A stretch of DNA of 64,000 nucleotides, from assembly GCA_963803805.1 (NCBI GenBank), contig CAWDOD010000002.1, positions 64,001-128,000 of the forward strand. The letters are read 5' to 3'. The translations under genes and the position numbers were made by a program. Under the pieces are notes generated by a model that was given only the letters and a program-made list of their open reading frames with translations, made no database searches and was not told where the DNA came from. Below, piece by piece: positions 9,511 to 20,816 of this stretch. Origin of the DNA: an uncultured cyanobacterium (GTDB taxonomy: Bacteria; Cyanobacteriota; Cyanobacteriia; Cyanobacteriales; CAWCAG01). Positions within the stretch are counted from its first letter, which is position 1. The number at the start of each line of letters is the position of its first letter.

Positions 9511-11772
9511 TTGAAACGCTTGTTTATCCAGAAGGCCAAACCTACTAATCCCTGTCCAGTAGACTCTTTAGGAGATATGGCCAATCTCTCTCAAAAAGCT
9601 CTTACTGAAGACATCCTTGTTTCTAATGAAGGCAACCGTAGAGCTTTCACCTCTGCTGCCATGATTGGATTAGCTATATCGATGGGAGCCACAGGTATAT
9701 TGCTACCTAGTCAAGGAGATGAGGCTGTAGCGGCTGAATCATCTTTGGCTGAAACGGCGATTACACCAGAGGAAGTAGATAGTCTCTCTCAAACCACATC
9801 AGATTGGGAAACTGCTGCTGTTTCTACCCAAGAACAGCCAGAAGACCTCTCTGTGGTAGAAGAAACAGAAGAAGCTTTAGTTGAAAGCCAAGATTTTGTT
9901 GTACAACCTACTCTCGAAATAGAGCCAGAGCAGGAAATAGCTAAAGCTCCCCAAAACCATCATCAGCATGAAGTTAAATCTGGGGAAACTCTCTGGCAAA
10001 TATCTAAAGCATATCAAGTAACTCCTGAAGCAATAGCCGCTTCTAATCAAATTGCTCCTACTTCTAACCTTTCTGTGGGGCAGAAGTTAGATATTCCTCA
10101 AACCAACGGTATTGTTCATCAAGTAGAAGCTAGTGAGACAGTAGCATCTTTATCTCAAGACTACGGAATAGAGTCTGAAGAGATTGCTTCCTCTGTCGCC
10201 GAAGGGGAACTAGTAACTATTCCTGGTGAAGTAGACACTTTACTCAAAAACAGACAAGAAACTGCCCTAGAAAATCTTAAGCAACAGCAGGGTGAGCTAA
10301 AAGATAGCTTAGCTAAGCTACAGACAGACCCAGAGCCAAATGAACAAATACAGGCTCCTCAAATAATCGCTTCACCATCTACTCCCAAAGAACCACAATC
10401 AGTAATCATCCCCGTACCCCAACCGGAAAACTCAGCTACAGTACAACAGACAGTTGCTAGGCAAGTTCCTGTCACAATTCCCGTTCCTACACCGCAAGAG
10501 CAACCAGAACTTAATTCGGAAACCACAAGCCAAACTCCAGTAGTTGTTCCCCCTGTAACCGTAGCCACCGAAGCTACCAAAGTGCATCGTGTTAAACCAG
10601 GAGAAACCGTTGACGAAATTGCTCGTCAGTATGGCTTGAGTTTGACAGAGCTAGTCGAGGCCAATCAACTTGATAATCCTAACCGAATAGTTATTAACCA
10701 AGAAATAACTATTCCTACTCCTCAAGTTGCCCGTAGCGCTCGCCAAAGCCTTGAAAGTAAAGTAGCTGTTAATGCTCTTCCTGGAGTTACTAGTAGTCAA
10801 CCAGAAGTTCTGCCCCAGGAGATAGAGGTTTCCCCGTCTCCCCTCCAGCAAGATATTGTCAGACTACAAGCAGAATATAAGCCTCAGCAGCAAGTTAATA
10901 CCCTGGTAGCCTCTGCTGATACTTCTGCTAGAACTGAGGTTGCTGCACAGATCAATACTGAGTGGCAAACAGACAGTAGCAATGGTCAAGTTTTGGTTGT
11001 AGAAGTACAGGATCTGCGGGAAAACGTTATTAGTAGGCAGCCTGTTCAAAAGCCGATTTTGAGCGAAATTAGCTCCATACCAGTACCAACTTCTACTGAG
11101 AAAACAGATAAAGTTGAAGTAACAGCCCCTACAGCTAACTCCCTAAGACCAATATCTGCTCAGAAGCCTAACAATAACGCCGCTATTTCCATACCAGTAA
11201 CACTTCCTGTTCAAAATCAAGAGGAAGAGGAGATAGTAGCAAGCGAAGAACGAAAAACCGTAGCAGTAGCTCCTGCCCCGGCTGAAACTTATAACTCTTT
11301 GCTTAAGCCTCCAGTAGGAGAGGTTGTCAGTCCTGACTTACCTCCTCTATCTGCACCAGGTGAATACCTTCCTGATAGTCCAGCCCTTTGGAATGGCCGC
11401 CATAGCTGGCCTGCTAAGGGTGTTCTAACCTCTGGTTATGGTATGCGCTGGGGAAGGATGCACAAAGGTATTGATATTGCAGCCCCCACTGGAACCCCTA
11501 TTGTGGCTTCTGCACCTGGAGAAGTTATTACAGCAGGTTGGAACTCTGGCGGTTATGGCAATTTAGTAGAAATTCGCCATCCTGATGGTACGATGACTCG
11601 CTATGGTCACAATAGCCGCATTGTGGTCAGAAAGGGGCAAGAAGTGGAACAAGGTCAACATATTTCTGATATGGGTAGTACTGGCTACAGTACAGGACCT
11701 CATTTACACTTTGAAGTCCATCCTGGTGGTGAGAGTGCGGTTAACCCCATGGCCTACTTACCTAAACGCTAA
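9511..11772 (+). CDS. LysM-repeat M23 peptidase (NlpD-like)
   Basis: LysM domains (HEVKSGETLWQI, HRVKPGETVDEIA); M23 motifs HKGID, YGH, STGPHLHFE; in-frame TTG 9511 follows AGGAGG at 9499-9504. Confidence 0.88.
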   Translation: MKRLFIQKAKPTNPCPVDSLGDMANLSQKALTEDILVSNEGNRRAFTSAAMIGLAISMGATGILLPSQGDEAVAAESSLAETAITPEEVDSLSQTTSDWETAAVSTQEQPEDLSVVEETEEALVESQDFVVQPTLEIEPEQEIAKAPQNHHQHEVKSGETLWQISKAYQVTPEAIAASNQIAPTSNLSVGQKLDIPQTNGIVHQVEASETVASLSQDYGIESEEIASSVAEGELVTIPGEVDTLLKNRQETALENLKQQQGELKDSLAKLQTDPEPNEQIQAPQIIASPSTPKEPQSVIIPVPQPENSATVQQTVARQVPVTIPVPTPQEQPELNSETTSQTPVVVPPVTVATEATKVHRVKPGETVDEIARQYGLSLTELVEANQLDNPNRIVINQEITIPTPQVARSARQSLESKVAVNALPGVTSSQPEVLPQEIEVSPSPLQQDIVRLQAEYKPQQQVNTLVASADTSARTEVAAQINTEWQTDSSNGQVLVVEVQDLRENVISRQPVQKPILSEISSIPVPTSTEKTDKVEVTAPTANSLRPISAQKPNNNAAISIPVTLPVQNQEEEEIVASEERKTVAVAPAPAETYNSLLKPPVGEVVSPDLPPLSAPGEYLPDSPALWNGRHSWPAKGVLTSGYGMRWGRMHKGIDIAAPTGTPIVASAPGEVITAGWNSGGYGNLVEIRHPDGTMTRYGHNSRIVVRKGQEVEQGQHISDMGSTGYSTGPHLHFEVHPGGESAVNPMAYLPKR

Positions 11773-11798
11773 TTTAACTCAATAGCGAAACAATCAAT

Positions 11799-11829
11799 AA
11801 AGGGGAGTCGTTGTACTCCCCTTTGTTTT
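11799..11829 (+). terminator. Intrinsic terminator
   Basis: AAAGGGGAGT-loop-ACTCCCCTTT followed by GTTTT. Confidence 0.75.
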
Positions 11830-11890
11830 GAATAAAATTAGATTAGATGAGCTTTCTTGTGTTAAAATCAGAAACTGTTGTTAAGATCAT

Positions 11891-11964
11891 GGCTCAGTAG
11901 CTCAGTTGGTTAGAGCAGGGGACTCATAAGCCCAAGGTCGGCAGTTCAAATCTGCCTTGAGCCA
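11891..11964 (+). tRNA. tRNA-Met(CAT), probably elongator; CCA not encoded
   Basis: Acceptor GGCTCAG/TTGAGCC+A, D-arm TAGCTCAGTTGGTTAGAGC, anticodon loop CTCATAA, T-loop GTTCAAATC. Confidence 0.92.
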
Positions 11965-11999
11965 TTTTTACAGAGAAAGGGAAAGCAAGACACAAATGG

Positions 12000-13235
12000 T
12001 CATTGGCCATTAGCAATTAGCAAAACTGATTGTAGTAAGCCGATGACGAAACCGAGAATCCCCCCTAAGTTGACAATAGCTTGTAATTCACTTTTGACAA
12101 TACCTTGAACAGCTACTTCTAACTCTTGGGCGGAGGTTGATTCTACCTTGTCGGTAATTAGTTTGTCGATAGAGAGAATCGGAATAATTTGAGCAATAAT
12201 TTTTTCTAGGTCTTCTTCTAAGTAACGTTCTAAAATAAGAGCTAATTCTTGACTAACTACTTCTAAGGAGGTATTGACAGCTTTCGAGTCACGCAATCTA
12301 TTGATAATTAAGACAGATACTTTTTGCCAATCCACCGACTCACCTAAATCTTGTAAAAACTCAGTACCCTTTTCTTGAATGTAACTACGTACTGTTTCCC
12401 TGATGGTTTTCCTTAGTTGTCTGACGGTAGAGACAGGAAGATTTTGTAAGGAGAAACTTTGTAGCCAAAATTGAAGGCGATCGCGCACTTCCAAAGATAA
12501 AGTTAGTTCTTCGAGGCGGGCATTGGCAGTTTCTTTTTCTTCAATACAAAATAAGCGTAAGCGAGTTAAACTATTGCGTAACCCAAAGAGATTAGCAAAT
12601 ACCCAATAAGTACCGCTAGATTTTTCCCGGAAACCCTCATCAATAATGGCAATATTGCGGTCAGTCAGGAAATCGATAATCGCCTGTCGTAGCAAGTCTG
12701 GGGGAATGACGGTTTGGAGTAACCAATTGGAAAGTTTTCTCGCTTGTAAGGGGCGAAGCTGAAAATCTAAGAGAACTTTGTCAAATATTTGATTAATCTG
12801 CACCTCCAGAAAGTCTTCGCTTCGCGCCCAAACCTTAAGCAGACGGGGTAAAGATTGTCCTACCAAGTCTTGCAGGATATTAGCAAGAACTTTAGCGGTT
12901 TTCTGTTCTTTGTCTGCTTGAACTTGTTCGAGGGACAATTGTAGTAACCAAAAAATGGCCCCTTTAACCCTTTCTGTTTTCAGCAAACGCTTAGCCAGGT
13001 TTTGCAATTCTGTGGGGGTTAGCAAAGAACCCATGATGGTATCAGAAACTCTTTTGGCTAAACGGCCTTGATTACGGGGAATTAAGCCGGGAGTAAATGG
13101 TAAGGGCTTTTTAGCAAAATAAATAGTTCGGTACGGCCGAAAAAGCATTTTGATGGCTAAATCGTTCGTGAAATAGCCAATAATACCTCCTGCTACAGGG
13201 GGCAATAAGATAAACCAAAAATTAGATAAATCCAA
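12000..13235 (-). CDS. DUF445 family membrane protein
   Basis: [28 protein letters not shown]-terminal [13 protein letters not shown]. Confidence 0.85.
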   Translation of the reverse strand: MDLSNFWFILLPPVAGGIIGYFTNDLAIKMLFRPYRTIYFAKKPLPFTPGLIPRNQGRLAKRVSDTIMGSLLTPTELQNLAKRLLKTERVKGAIFWLLQLSLEQVQADKEQKTAKVLANILQDLVGQSLPRLLKVWARSEDFLEVQINQIFDKVLLDFQLRPLQARKLSNWLLQTVIPPDLLRQAIIDFLTDRNIAIIDEGFREKSSGTYWVFANLFGLRNSLTRLRLFCIEEKETANARLEELTLSLEVRDRLQFWLQSFSLQNLPVSTVRQLRKTIRETVRSYIQEKGTEFLQDLGESVDWQKVSVLIINRLRDSKAVNTSLEVVSQELALILERYLEEDLEKIIAQIIPILSIDKLITDKVESTSAQELEVAVQGIVKSELQAIVNLGGILGFVIGLLQSVLLIANGQ

Positions 13236-13327
13236 TGTTAAATATTAGACAACATTCAAGAAAAACTAGGGGATAAGAATAACCAGCTAGGTTAGGTTAG
13301 TTATGCTTAACTCACTAATCATTTATT

Positions 13328-14023
13328 TTAAGCTTTTCTTAGAACTAAGACTCCCATCGTGCCGCCGGCAAGAGGATAATGAACAGCTTTTTGGAATCCT
13401 GCTGCCAGGGCTAAGTTAATTTGCTTTTCTCCATTGGGGAAACGTTCTAAACTAGGAGCGATGTAAGCATATTCTTCTGTTACACCAAAATGTTGGGCGG
13501 TGGGAACCACAATATTTTCTAAGTACCAGCTTTGAAATAGCTGCATAAATAGTTGGCTAGGTTGGTGAAAGTCGAGAATAGCTGCTTTGCCACCAGTTTG
13601 AAGTATTCGGAACAGTTCTTTTAAGCAAAGGGGAATATTAGTAACGTTACGCAAACCGTAGCCCATGGTGGCACAGTTAAAATAGTTATCCTCAAAGGGC
13701 AAGTTAAGGGCATCTCCTTGCATCCAGGTTATCGGGAGATGGGTAGATTTTTCTTGGGCCACAGCTAATAAGTCAGCAGAAAAATCAAGACCAATTATTT
13801 CCCCTTGAGAACCTATTTTTTTAGCCAATATGCGAGTCAAATCCCCACTGCCACAACAAATATCTAACCCCTTGTCCCCTGGTTGAGGTTCTACCCATTT
13901 GACTGTCATCAGTTTCCAAATTCTATGTTGCCCAAGGCTTAACCAATCGTTCATCTGGTCGTATACTGGGGCAATACGGTTAAAGATGGTTTGGATTTCG
14001 GAGGCGGTAATTTTATTTGGCAT
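13328..14023 (-). CDS. menG: UbiE/MenG quinone methyltransferase
   Basis: FNRIAPVYDQMND.LSLGQH, LDICCGSGD, GDALNLPF, GYGLRNV. Confidence 0.85.
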   Translation of the reverse strand: MPNKITASEIQTIFNRIAPVYDQMNDWLSLGQHRIWKLMTVKWVEPQPGDKGLDICCGSGDLTRILAKKIGSQGEIIGLDFSADLLAVAQEKSTHLPITWMQGDALNLPFEDNYFNCATMGYGLRNVTNIPLCLKELFRILQTGGKAAILDFHQPSQLFMQLFQSWYLENIVVPTAQHFGVTEEYAYIAPSLERFPNGEKQINLALAAGFQKAVHYPLAGGTMGVLVLRKA

Positions 14024-14149
14024 TTTGCTAGTTAGCTGATGTGCATTTAAACCACATATTATTAAACATTGAACATTAAACTTTTACAGCGTCTCCTCGT
14101 CTCCCTTTACAAGTAATGAATTTTGAAAAGTTGTTGGTGTATTTACTGA

Positions 14150-14379
14150 ATTTCGCGCGGCAGGGTAGGTCACAGAATGGCGGTTGAGCAGAAAATAGCG
14201 GAAAACAGCTTGGAGAGGGACTTTCAGTTATTTTTGTTTTTGAGAGAGCCGCGCACCTTATACAGCCAGGGTTTTAGCGTTTTGACCTTGTTTTTTGGAG
14301 TCGGTTGTGATAACTTTATAGGCGTACCGCGCAAATGTACCTTGAAAACCAAATACATTAAGGGTTTCAAACTACCGCA
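14150..14379 (+). promoter_or_regulatory. CRISPR leader
   Basis: Non-coding stretch before the first perfect repeat, with two CCGCGCA boxes and IR TTGAAAACC..GGTTTCAA; the degenerate repeat lies at the opposite end of the array. Confidence 0.65.
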
Positions 14380-14780
14380 GTTGCAATTTCCTATAATCCC
14401 TATGAGGGATTGAAACAAATTGCTTTCGCTATTTCGATGAGGAAATCCCTGTTGCAATTTCCTATAATCCCTATGAGGGATTGAAACTAACAAAGTTTGA
14501 AGTGAATAAAAGCTAATCCAAGCCCGTTGCAATTTCCTATAATCCCTATGAGGGATTGAAACACCTCAAAATCCACCTCAACCCACTATGGCATAGAAGT
14601 TGCAATTTCCTATAATCCCTATGAGGGATTGAAACATCAACTTTATTAAAAAGTAGTAATCCCCCTCTTGTTGCAATTTCCTATAATCCCTATGAGGGAT
14701 TGAAACTCAATCTCTTCTATAGAATCCTTAGTCGGAGAAAATAGTTGCAATTTCCTATAATCCCTATGAGGGATTGAAAT
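14380..14780 (+). CRISPR. CRISPR array, 6 repeats and 5 spacers; repeat GTTGCAATTTCCTATAATCCCTATGAGGGATTGAAAC (37 nt)
   Basis: Repeats start at 14380, 14451, 14526, 14599, 14670, 14744 (last ends GAAAT); unique spacers of 34, 38, 36, 34, 37 nt; internal hairpin AATCCCT/AGGGATT; 3' ATTGAAAC. Confidence 0.97.
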
Positions 14781-15092
14781 GCTATAGTAGCGGCAGGAAA
14801 ACTGGGCAACTGGCAACAAATCACCCAGCATCTTTGAACCATTTCCTCATATCTCAATATGCTGGTGGGTGGAAGTGCAGACTACTCCTCATTTTGCATT
14901 TAATCATCGCAAAGCGATCGCCTTAATTACTTTTTAGCCCATCCCTTTCGCGCCAAAAATATCAACTTTCATATTGCTCAAATTCTCCTCTAGAGAAAAT
15001 TATTAACCTTTGCCTCAATGTAACTGCCTACTCTCCGCCCATTTCCTCACAAAAGCAGATTAAAATTAGGTTTACAATTAGAATAAAAGATT

Positions 15093-16454
15093 ATGAATTT
15101 ACCAATAGTTGCTATTATTGGTCGCCCTAACGTCGGCAAATCAACCTTGGTTAATCGTTTTGCCAGCACCAGCAACGCCATTGTTCACGACGAACCAGGT
15201 ATCACTCGCGATCGCATTTATCAACCAGCTTTTTGGCAAGATCGAGACTTTTTGGTAGTAGATACAGGAGGGTTGGTATTTGATGATAATACCGAATTTC
15301 TCCCCTTAATTAGGGAACAAGCCTTCGCAGCCTTAGCAGAAGCCAGTGTCGGGGTTTTCGTCGTCGATGGTCAAACTGGCCCAACCGCAGGGGATCTCGA
15401 AATTGCTGATTGGTTACGGCAGCAAAATGTACCGATTCTTTTAGCAGTTAATAAATGCGAATCTGTTGACCAAGGAATTGTCCAAGCGGCACAGTTTTGG
15501 GAACTTGGTTTAGGGGAACCCTACCCTGTCTCAGGTATTCATGGTAGTGGTACAGGGGAATTATTAGACAAATTAATTACTTATCTGCCGCCTAACGATA
15601 CTCTGCCTGATAATCAAGAAATCAAAGTAGCTATCGTTGGTCGTCCTAATGTAGGTAAGTCTAGCTTACTTAATGCTTTTACGGGGCAATCTCGTTCTAT
15701 AGTTAGTCCTATTTCTGGTACAACTCGCGATGCCATTGATATGGTAGTAGAAAGAGGAGATAAGGTTTATCGTTTAATTGATACAGCGGGTATTCGTAAA
15801 AAGAAAAATGTTGAATATGGAGCGGAGTTTTTCGGTATTAACCGGGCTTTTAAAGCAATTCGCCGTGCTGATGTAGTTTTAATTGTTATTGATGCAGTGG
15901 ATGGGATTACAGAACAAGATCAAAAACTAGCTAATCGTGTTATTGAAGAAGGAAGGGCTGCTGTTATTGTTGTTAACAAATGGGACGCAGTAGATAAAGA
16001 TTCTTATACTATTTATGAGTATAAAAAACACGTTGATGATCGCTTTTATTTCTTAACCTGGGCAGAAAAGATTTTTGTCAGTGCTTTAACTGGACAACGA
16101 GTAGAAAAAATACTTGATTTAGTTGATACGGCGGCTGTTGCCCATTCCCGTAGAGTCAGTACTTCAGTCATTAATGAAGTTATTCAAGAAGCAATTACTT
16201 GGCACTCTGCCCCCACCACCCGCCAAGGAAAACAAGGTAAAGTTTATTACGGAACTCAAGTTAGAACTCAGCCACCAACTATTACTCTTTTTGTTAATGA
16301 TCCTAAGCGTTTTACAGAAAACTATCGCCGTTATATGGAACGTCAATTTAGAATTTCTTTGGGTTTTACTGGTACTCCCATGCGTTTATTATGGCGAGGT
16401 AAGAAAGTCCGAGAAGTAGAAAATAGAGGGGCAAATCGCGCTGTTAAAGTTTAG
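15093..16454 (+). CDS. der: Ribosome biogenesis GTPase Der (EngA)
   Basis: Two GRPNVGKS G-domains, DTGG/DTAG, NKCE/NKWD. Confidence 0.97.
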   Translation: MNLPIVAIIGRPNVGKSTLVNRFASTSNAIVHDEPGITRDRIYQPAFWQDRDFLVVDTGGLVFDDNTEFLPLIREQAFAALAEASVGVFVVDGQTGPTAGDLEIADWLRQQNVPILLAVNKCESVDQGIVQAAQFWELGLGEPYPVSGIHGSGTGELLDKLITYLPPNDTLPDNQEIKVAIVGRPNVGKSSLLNAFTGQSRSIVSPISGTTRDAIDMVVERGDKVYRLIDTAGIRKKKNVEYGAEFFGINRAFKAIRRADVVLIVIDAVDGITEQDQKLANRVIEEGRAAVIVVNKWDAVDKDSYTIYEYKKHVDDRFYFLTWAEKIFVSALTGQRVEKILDLVDTAAVAHSRRVSTSVINEVIQEAITWHSAPTTRQGKQGKVYYGTQVRTQPPTITLFVNDPKRFTENYRRYMERQFRISLGFTGTPMRLLWRGKKVREVENRGANRAVKV

Positions 16455-16467
16455 GGATTTTTGAGTA

Positions 16468-17445
16468 ATGGATTTATTGCGATCGCTTCCTATTGGTCTT
16501 TATTTAGAACAACCCATAACTTGGCTTCATAACTTAGATCCTAGAGTTAAGTTAGCCTGGTTAATGAGCTTTTTAATCGCCCCTATTTTAGCCAATCCTT
16601 TTTGGCGTTTAGGCTTAACTTTACTGCTGATTTTATTAACTATCTCTGCGGCGATTCCCCTAAGAGTTTGGCGACAGCAAATGGGTTGGTTATTAACCCT
16701 CTGTTTCTTTATCTTTGTAATTACTTGTATTGCCCCTGATGGCTTAGCCGTTGAACATACTAATCGCCTGCCTGCCCAAGAACTAACTTTCCCTCCCTCA
16801 ACTGCGAAGGAAAAAGCAACAGATAGTCCTTGGTATAATCCTTTTGGATGGGGACAAAAGAAAGTTCAGAAAAATGCTCAGAAAATCGAAAGTAGTCCTG
16901 ATAGTTATCACTACGTTATCTTTGAGAAAGGAAGGATTAAAATAACTAGACGCTCCCTCGATTTGGGAATCAGGATTAGCACAATATTTTTCACTTTAAT
17001 TTATAGCACTAACCTTTATCTCTTAACCACCGCTCCGGAAGAAATAACTGCTGGTTTAGAAGATTTAATGGCTCCTTTGCGGCGTTTTAAAATACCTGTA
17101 ACTGAAATTGCTCTTACTCTAACTCTGTCTTTACGCTTCATTCCTCTAGTCTTAGAAGAAGTACAAAATTTAGTTCGTTCTATTCGTACTAGGGCTATTA
17201 ATTGGAAAAAACTAGGTGTTCGCAAAAGCTTACAAGTTTGGTTAATGGTGACAGAAAAACTCCTAGAAAATCTCCTTCTAAGAGCAGAACAAATTGCAGT
17301 TGCTATGAATATAAGGGGCTTCACCACTCCCAATACACATCGTGTCCTCTGGCATCAATTACGTTTAACTTGGAAAGACTGGTTAACTTTAGCAACCTTG
17401 GTAATTTTCTGGAGTGCTAGATTTATTTGGGGTGGAATGAGTTAA
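16468..17445 (+). CDS. ECF transporter transmembrane component (EcfT/CbiQ family)
   Basis: LHNLDPRVKL, LSLRFIPLVLEE, AMNIRGF. Confidence 0.87.
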   Translation: MDLLRSLPIGLYLEQPITWLHNLDPRVKLAWLMSFLIAPILANPFWRLGLTLLLILLTISAAIPLRVWRQQMGWLLTLCFFIFVITCIAPDGLAVEHTNRLPAQELTFPPSTAKEKATDSPWYNPFGWGQKKVQKNAQKIESSPDSYHYVIFEKGRIKITRRSLDLGIRISTIFFTLIYSTNLYLLTTAPEEITAGLEDLMAPLRRFKIPVTEIALTLTLSLRFIPLVLEEVQNLVRSIRTRAINWKKLGVRKSLQVWLMVTEKLLENLLLRAEQIAVAMNIRGFTTPNTHRVLWHQLRLTWKDWLTLATLVIFWSARFIWGGMS

Positions 17446-17556
17446 GATCATCAAATATTGAAAATTTATCAACTAAAAATACAACTTCAGTATGTGTCAA
17501 ACCTTAATTTTTAATTTTTAATTTTTAATTAACGCTGCTCCCCACGCCCTTCTTAT

Positions 17557-18925
17557 ATGACAAATTGGTATTGGCGATCACTACCGTTAGAAAGTCATAC
17601 TGGTTCAGAAGTTTTTGCTATTCTTTTTCTTAAAAGTAATCGCATAGCAACACTTCTAGAAAGTCCTTTTCCTGCTCCTCAACCGCAATTATCTCGCTAC
17701 TCTATATGTGCTGGTTCTCCTCGTCTTAATCACCAAGGTAAACCTCAACTTTGGACTCCTCAAACAGGAAAAATTCTGCCTTTTTTACAAAGCTTGCTAG
17801 CAAAAAACAAGCAGGAAAAGGAACCAAACTTTCTCCCTTTTCAAGGTGGTTGCTTAGGTTGGCTAGGTTATGACTTAGCTTGGGAAATTGAAAAATTACC
17901 CCAATTAAACAGCAATCCTCTACCCTTTCCCATCGCTTACTGGTATGAACCCGCCTCTTTTGCTGTATTAGAATCATCTCCAACAAACTCTGTGGTTAGC
18001 AGCAAGTAAACCAAAAGAACTAAACCAACTCCAACAAGATTGGGAGACAAAGAAAAAACATCTAGAAACAATTTCTCCCATCATCCAATCCTCCCCCATT
18101 TCCTTCCTCACCTCCCAAGCAGACTACCAAGATGCTGTGGTACTAGCTAAGGAATATATTCAAAAAGGGGATATTTTTCAAACCAACCTCTCTTTGCGCT
18201 TTCAAACCTCAGCAAACGCCCCTAGCTGGTCAATTTATCGGCAGCTACAGACTATTAATCCTTCCCCCTTCGCCAGCTACTGGCAAACTCCTTGGGGAAC
18301 AGTAATTAGCTGTTCTCCAGAAAGATTAGTGCAACTGAAAGGGGAACAAGCCCAAACTAGGCCTATTGCTGGAACGCGATCGCGGGGTAAAACCCGACAA
18401 AAAGATCAACAACTAACAGAAGAACTACTCACCAACACCAAAGAAAGAGCAGAACATATCATGTTGGTGGATTTAGAAAGAAATGATTTAGGCAAAGTCT
18501 GTCAATGGGGTTCGGTGGAAGTAGACGAACTATTAACCATCGAAAAATATAGCCATGTTATGCACTTAGTAAGTAATGTCAGAGGCATTCTCCAAAGCAA
18601 TCTTGATGCCGTAGACTTAATCAAAGCCACATTTCCAGGAGGAACTATTACAGGTTGTCCTAAAGTTCGTTGTCTGGAAATTATAGAAGAACTAGAACCC
18701 CTACGACGAAATCTTTTCTACGGTTCCTGCGGCTATATCGACTATCGAGGTAATTTAGAACTAAATATTTTAATTCGTACCCTCCTTGTCTGTGGTTCCA
18801 CTGTCTGGGGGCAAGTAGGGGCAGGAATAGTCGCTGATAGCGATCCAGAAAGAGAATGGCAAGAATCTCTCCATAAAGCTGAGGCACAATTAGCTGCTTT
18901 AGGGAATATTAAAATACCTCTTTAG
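17557..18925 (+). pseudogene. Anthranilate synthase component I / PabB-like gene, frameshifted near 17972 (pseudogene or assembly error)
   Basis: N-part LLES, RYSI, PFQGG.LGWLGYD; C-part SPERLV, TRPIAGT, KERAEHIMLVDLERNDLG, FPGGTITGCPK; removing one A in GAATC (17971-17975) joins the frames. Confidence 0.8.
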
Positions 18926-19111
18926 CCTCCAACAACAAAATTCTTCAAAAGAATGACCCCGAATCAAGCTATTATCAACTCTAGTTCGTTCTTTTTGAGG
19001 AACGCTTTTATCTGTGTAAAACTGCTTATTATCATAAAGCAGAACATTTTCTCAAAGCGGTTTCCGATCATCCATCTCTAAATGAGATGGGCATTCTGCT
19101 TATTGAGCTTG

Positions 19112-19381
19112 ATGAATACTGAAACCTATCTCAATCACCCAACTTTTGGTCTACTATATAAAGTCTGTCCCATCGACGAACAGCAGGAATTGTACACAAC
19201 ACTCTATGCCCAACGGCTGTTTTTTTGTGTCAAATCTAATGCTGAACGTTTTTCATTTGAACCACTCAGCCGCTCTGACGCTCGCTTACTTGTGGAAACC
19301 CGCTTGCGAAAAATTCGCCGTTTAGGGACTCCACAAGAGTACGAACAACTACATCTTATCCACCAACGAACTTTCCAATGA
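19112..19381 (+). CDS. pipX: PII-interacting protein X
   Basis: MNTETYLNHPTFGLLY, TLYAQRLFF; 89 aa from ATG 19112. Confidence 0.93.
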   Translation: MNTETYLNHPTFGLLYKVCPIDEQQELYTTLYAQRLFFCVKSNAERFSFEPLSRSDARLLVETRLRKIRRLGTPQEYEQLHLIHQRTFQ

Positions 19382-19413
19382 GATAGAACAGTAGTTTTAG
19401 TAAATTCCCTTTA

Positions 19414-20085
19414 ATGACCGGCTCAATTACCCAGCGTATTGCTCAAATTAAACAACAGCTACCTCCCCGTGTTCGTCTAATTGCTGTCACTAAAACAGTT
19501 TCTCCTCAAAAGATGCGAGAAGCTTACGCTACAGGAATTCGCGATTTCGGGGAGAGCCGTTTATCTGAAGCAATAGAAAAAAAAGAACAACTCCAGGATT
19601 TACCAGATATTTGCTGGCATTTTATTGGTCACTTACAGAGTAATAAAGTTAAAAAAGCTCTAGAGAGTTTTCAATGGATTCATAGCTGTGATAGCCTCAA
19701 GCTAGCAAAAAGATTAAATCGCTTAGCCGGAGAATTAGGTCGCCAGCCCAAGATTTGCTTACAAGTGAAAATCTTAAAAGACCCCAATAAATATGGCTGG
19801 GAAGTAGAAGCATTATTGGCAGATTTACCGGAGCTAGAACGCTGCTATAACTTAGATATTCAAGGTTTGATGACCATTCTCCCTTTAGGATTATCTGCCT
19901 CTAAAACCCTAGAAGCTTTTGAAGCAACTCGCGAACTAGCAGTAAAGATAGCTCAACAACATTCCTCTAGTTTGCCCCTAGAGGAACTTTCAATGGGAAT
20001 GTCTGGAGATTACCAACTAGCCATACAAGCAGGAGCAACAATGGTACGTTTGGGTAGGACTATTTTCGGAGAAAGGCCGCCTTAA
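19414..20085 (+). CDS. pipY: PLP-binding protein PipY (YggS family)
   Basis: LIAVTK, WHFIGHLQSNK, GLMTI, LSMGMSGDY, GATMVRLG; follows pipX. Confidence 0.93.
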   Translation: MTGSITQRIAQIKQQLPPRVRLIAVTKTVSPQKMREAYATGIRDFGESRLSEAIEKKEQLQDLPDICWHFIGHLQSNKVKKALESFQWIHSCDSLKLAKRLNRLAGELGRQPKICLQVKILKDPNKYGWEVEALLADLPELERCYNLDIQGLMTILPLGLSASKTLEAFEATRELAVKIAQQHSSSLPLEELSMGMSGDYQLAIQAGATMVRLGRTIFGERPP

Positions 20086-20471
20086 GAGTTGATGAAAGTA
20101 TCCCTTGTTTGTTCTCGCTCTTGAGATTGGCGACGTTTTTCCTTATCCCCTTTTGCCTTACTTCCACTATCGTTGTTAATACGAATTTGGATTTTTGGGC
20201 CAGAACTAGCTAGACGGATAATTATCCCGTCTACCACAGGGGAACGCTCAATTTGTTTGCCATCAATGTAGGTTCCATTAGCACCCAGACTAACAACTTC
20301 CCAGTCTGAGTTATTACGTCTAATTTCAACATGATGCCGAGAAACTACAGCGCTGTAGAGAACAACATCATTGTCAGTTGAGCGACCGATACGAATAACA
20401 GATTCTGTATCGAAAGGCCAACTTTGAACCGGAACGGATTGAATAGGGTGCAGCAGTGTCAGAGTAATCAC
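20082..20471 (-). CDS. Stand-alone FHA domain protein
   Basis: IRIGRSTDND, VSRHH, ANGTYIDG. Confidence 0.88.
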   Translation of the reverse strand: MITLTLLHPIQSVPVQSWPFDTESVIRIGRSTDNDVVLYSAVVSRHHVEIRRNNSDWEVVSLGANGTYIDGKQIERSPVVDGIIIRLASSGPKIQIRINNDSGSKAKGDKEKRRQSQEREQTRDTFINS

Positions 20472-20798
20472 TCTTTGTATTATCTGTGAACGATTGTTGC
20501 TTTTGGGCCTGGAAAAATTGATTAACTCAACTATGGAGTTTCCAAACCTACATTCCTTATTGTGATGGAAAGCTGTTCAGTTGTGTAAGAATTTTATTTC
20601 TTTAACATTTTAAACAATATCCATCTCTAGGCAAATAATCAACTATTTACAAATTTTCTCACCAATTTAAAATTATGCAGCATCTTTTACTTCCTTGCCA
20701 TGATTTATACCCCCTCATCTTTCTCCTTATTTAATTGGAGATAATCTATAAGGGGGTAATTGGTGAAATGTAAAAAAGAAAAAGCTTTATTGAGAAAG

Positions 20799-20816
20799 AC
20801 CTATCTTAAGATAGGT
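20799..20816 (-). terminator. Palindrome directly after the psaK stop
   Basis: Perfect 18-bp palindrome ACCTATCTTAAGATAGGT. Confidence 0.5.

Noticed and set aside
11891-12000. tRNA-Met as an integration site
   Set aside because: No integrase, no duplicated tRNA 3' end noticed, and the flanking genes are core genes
14177-14831. ORFs 14177-14413, 14224-14532 and 14646-14831
   Set aside because: Translations of the CRISPR leader and repeats (repeated FQSLIGIIGNCN)
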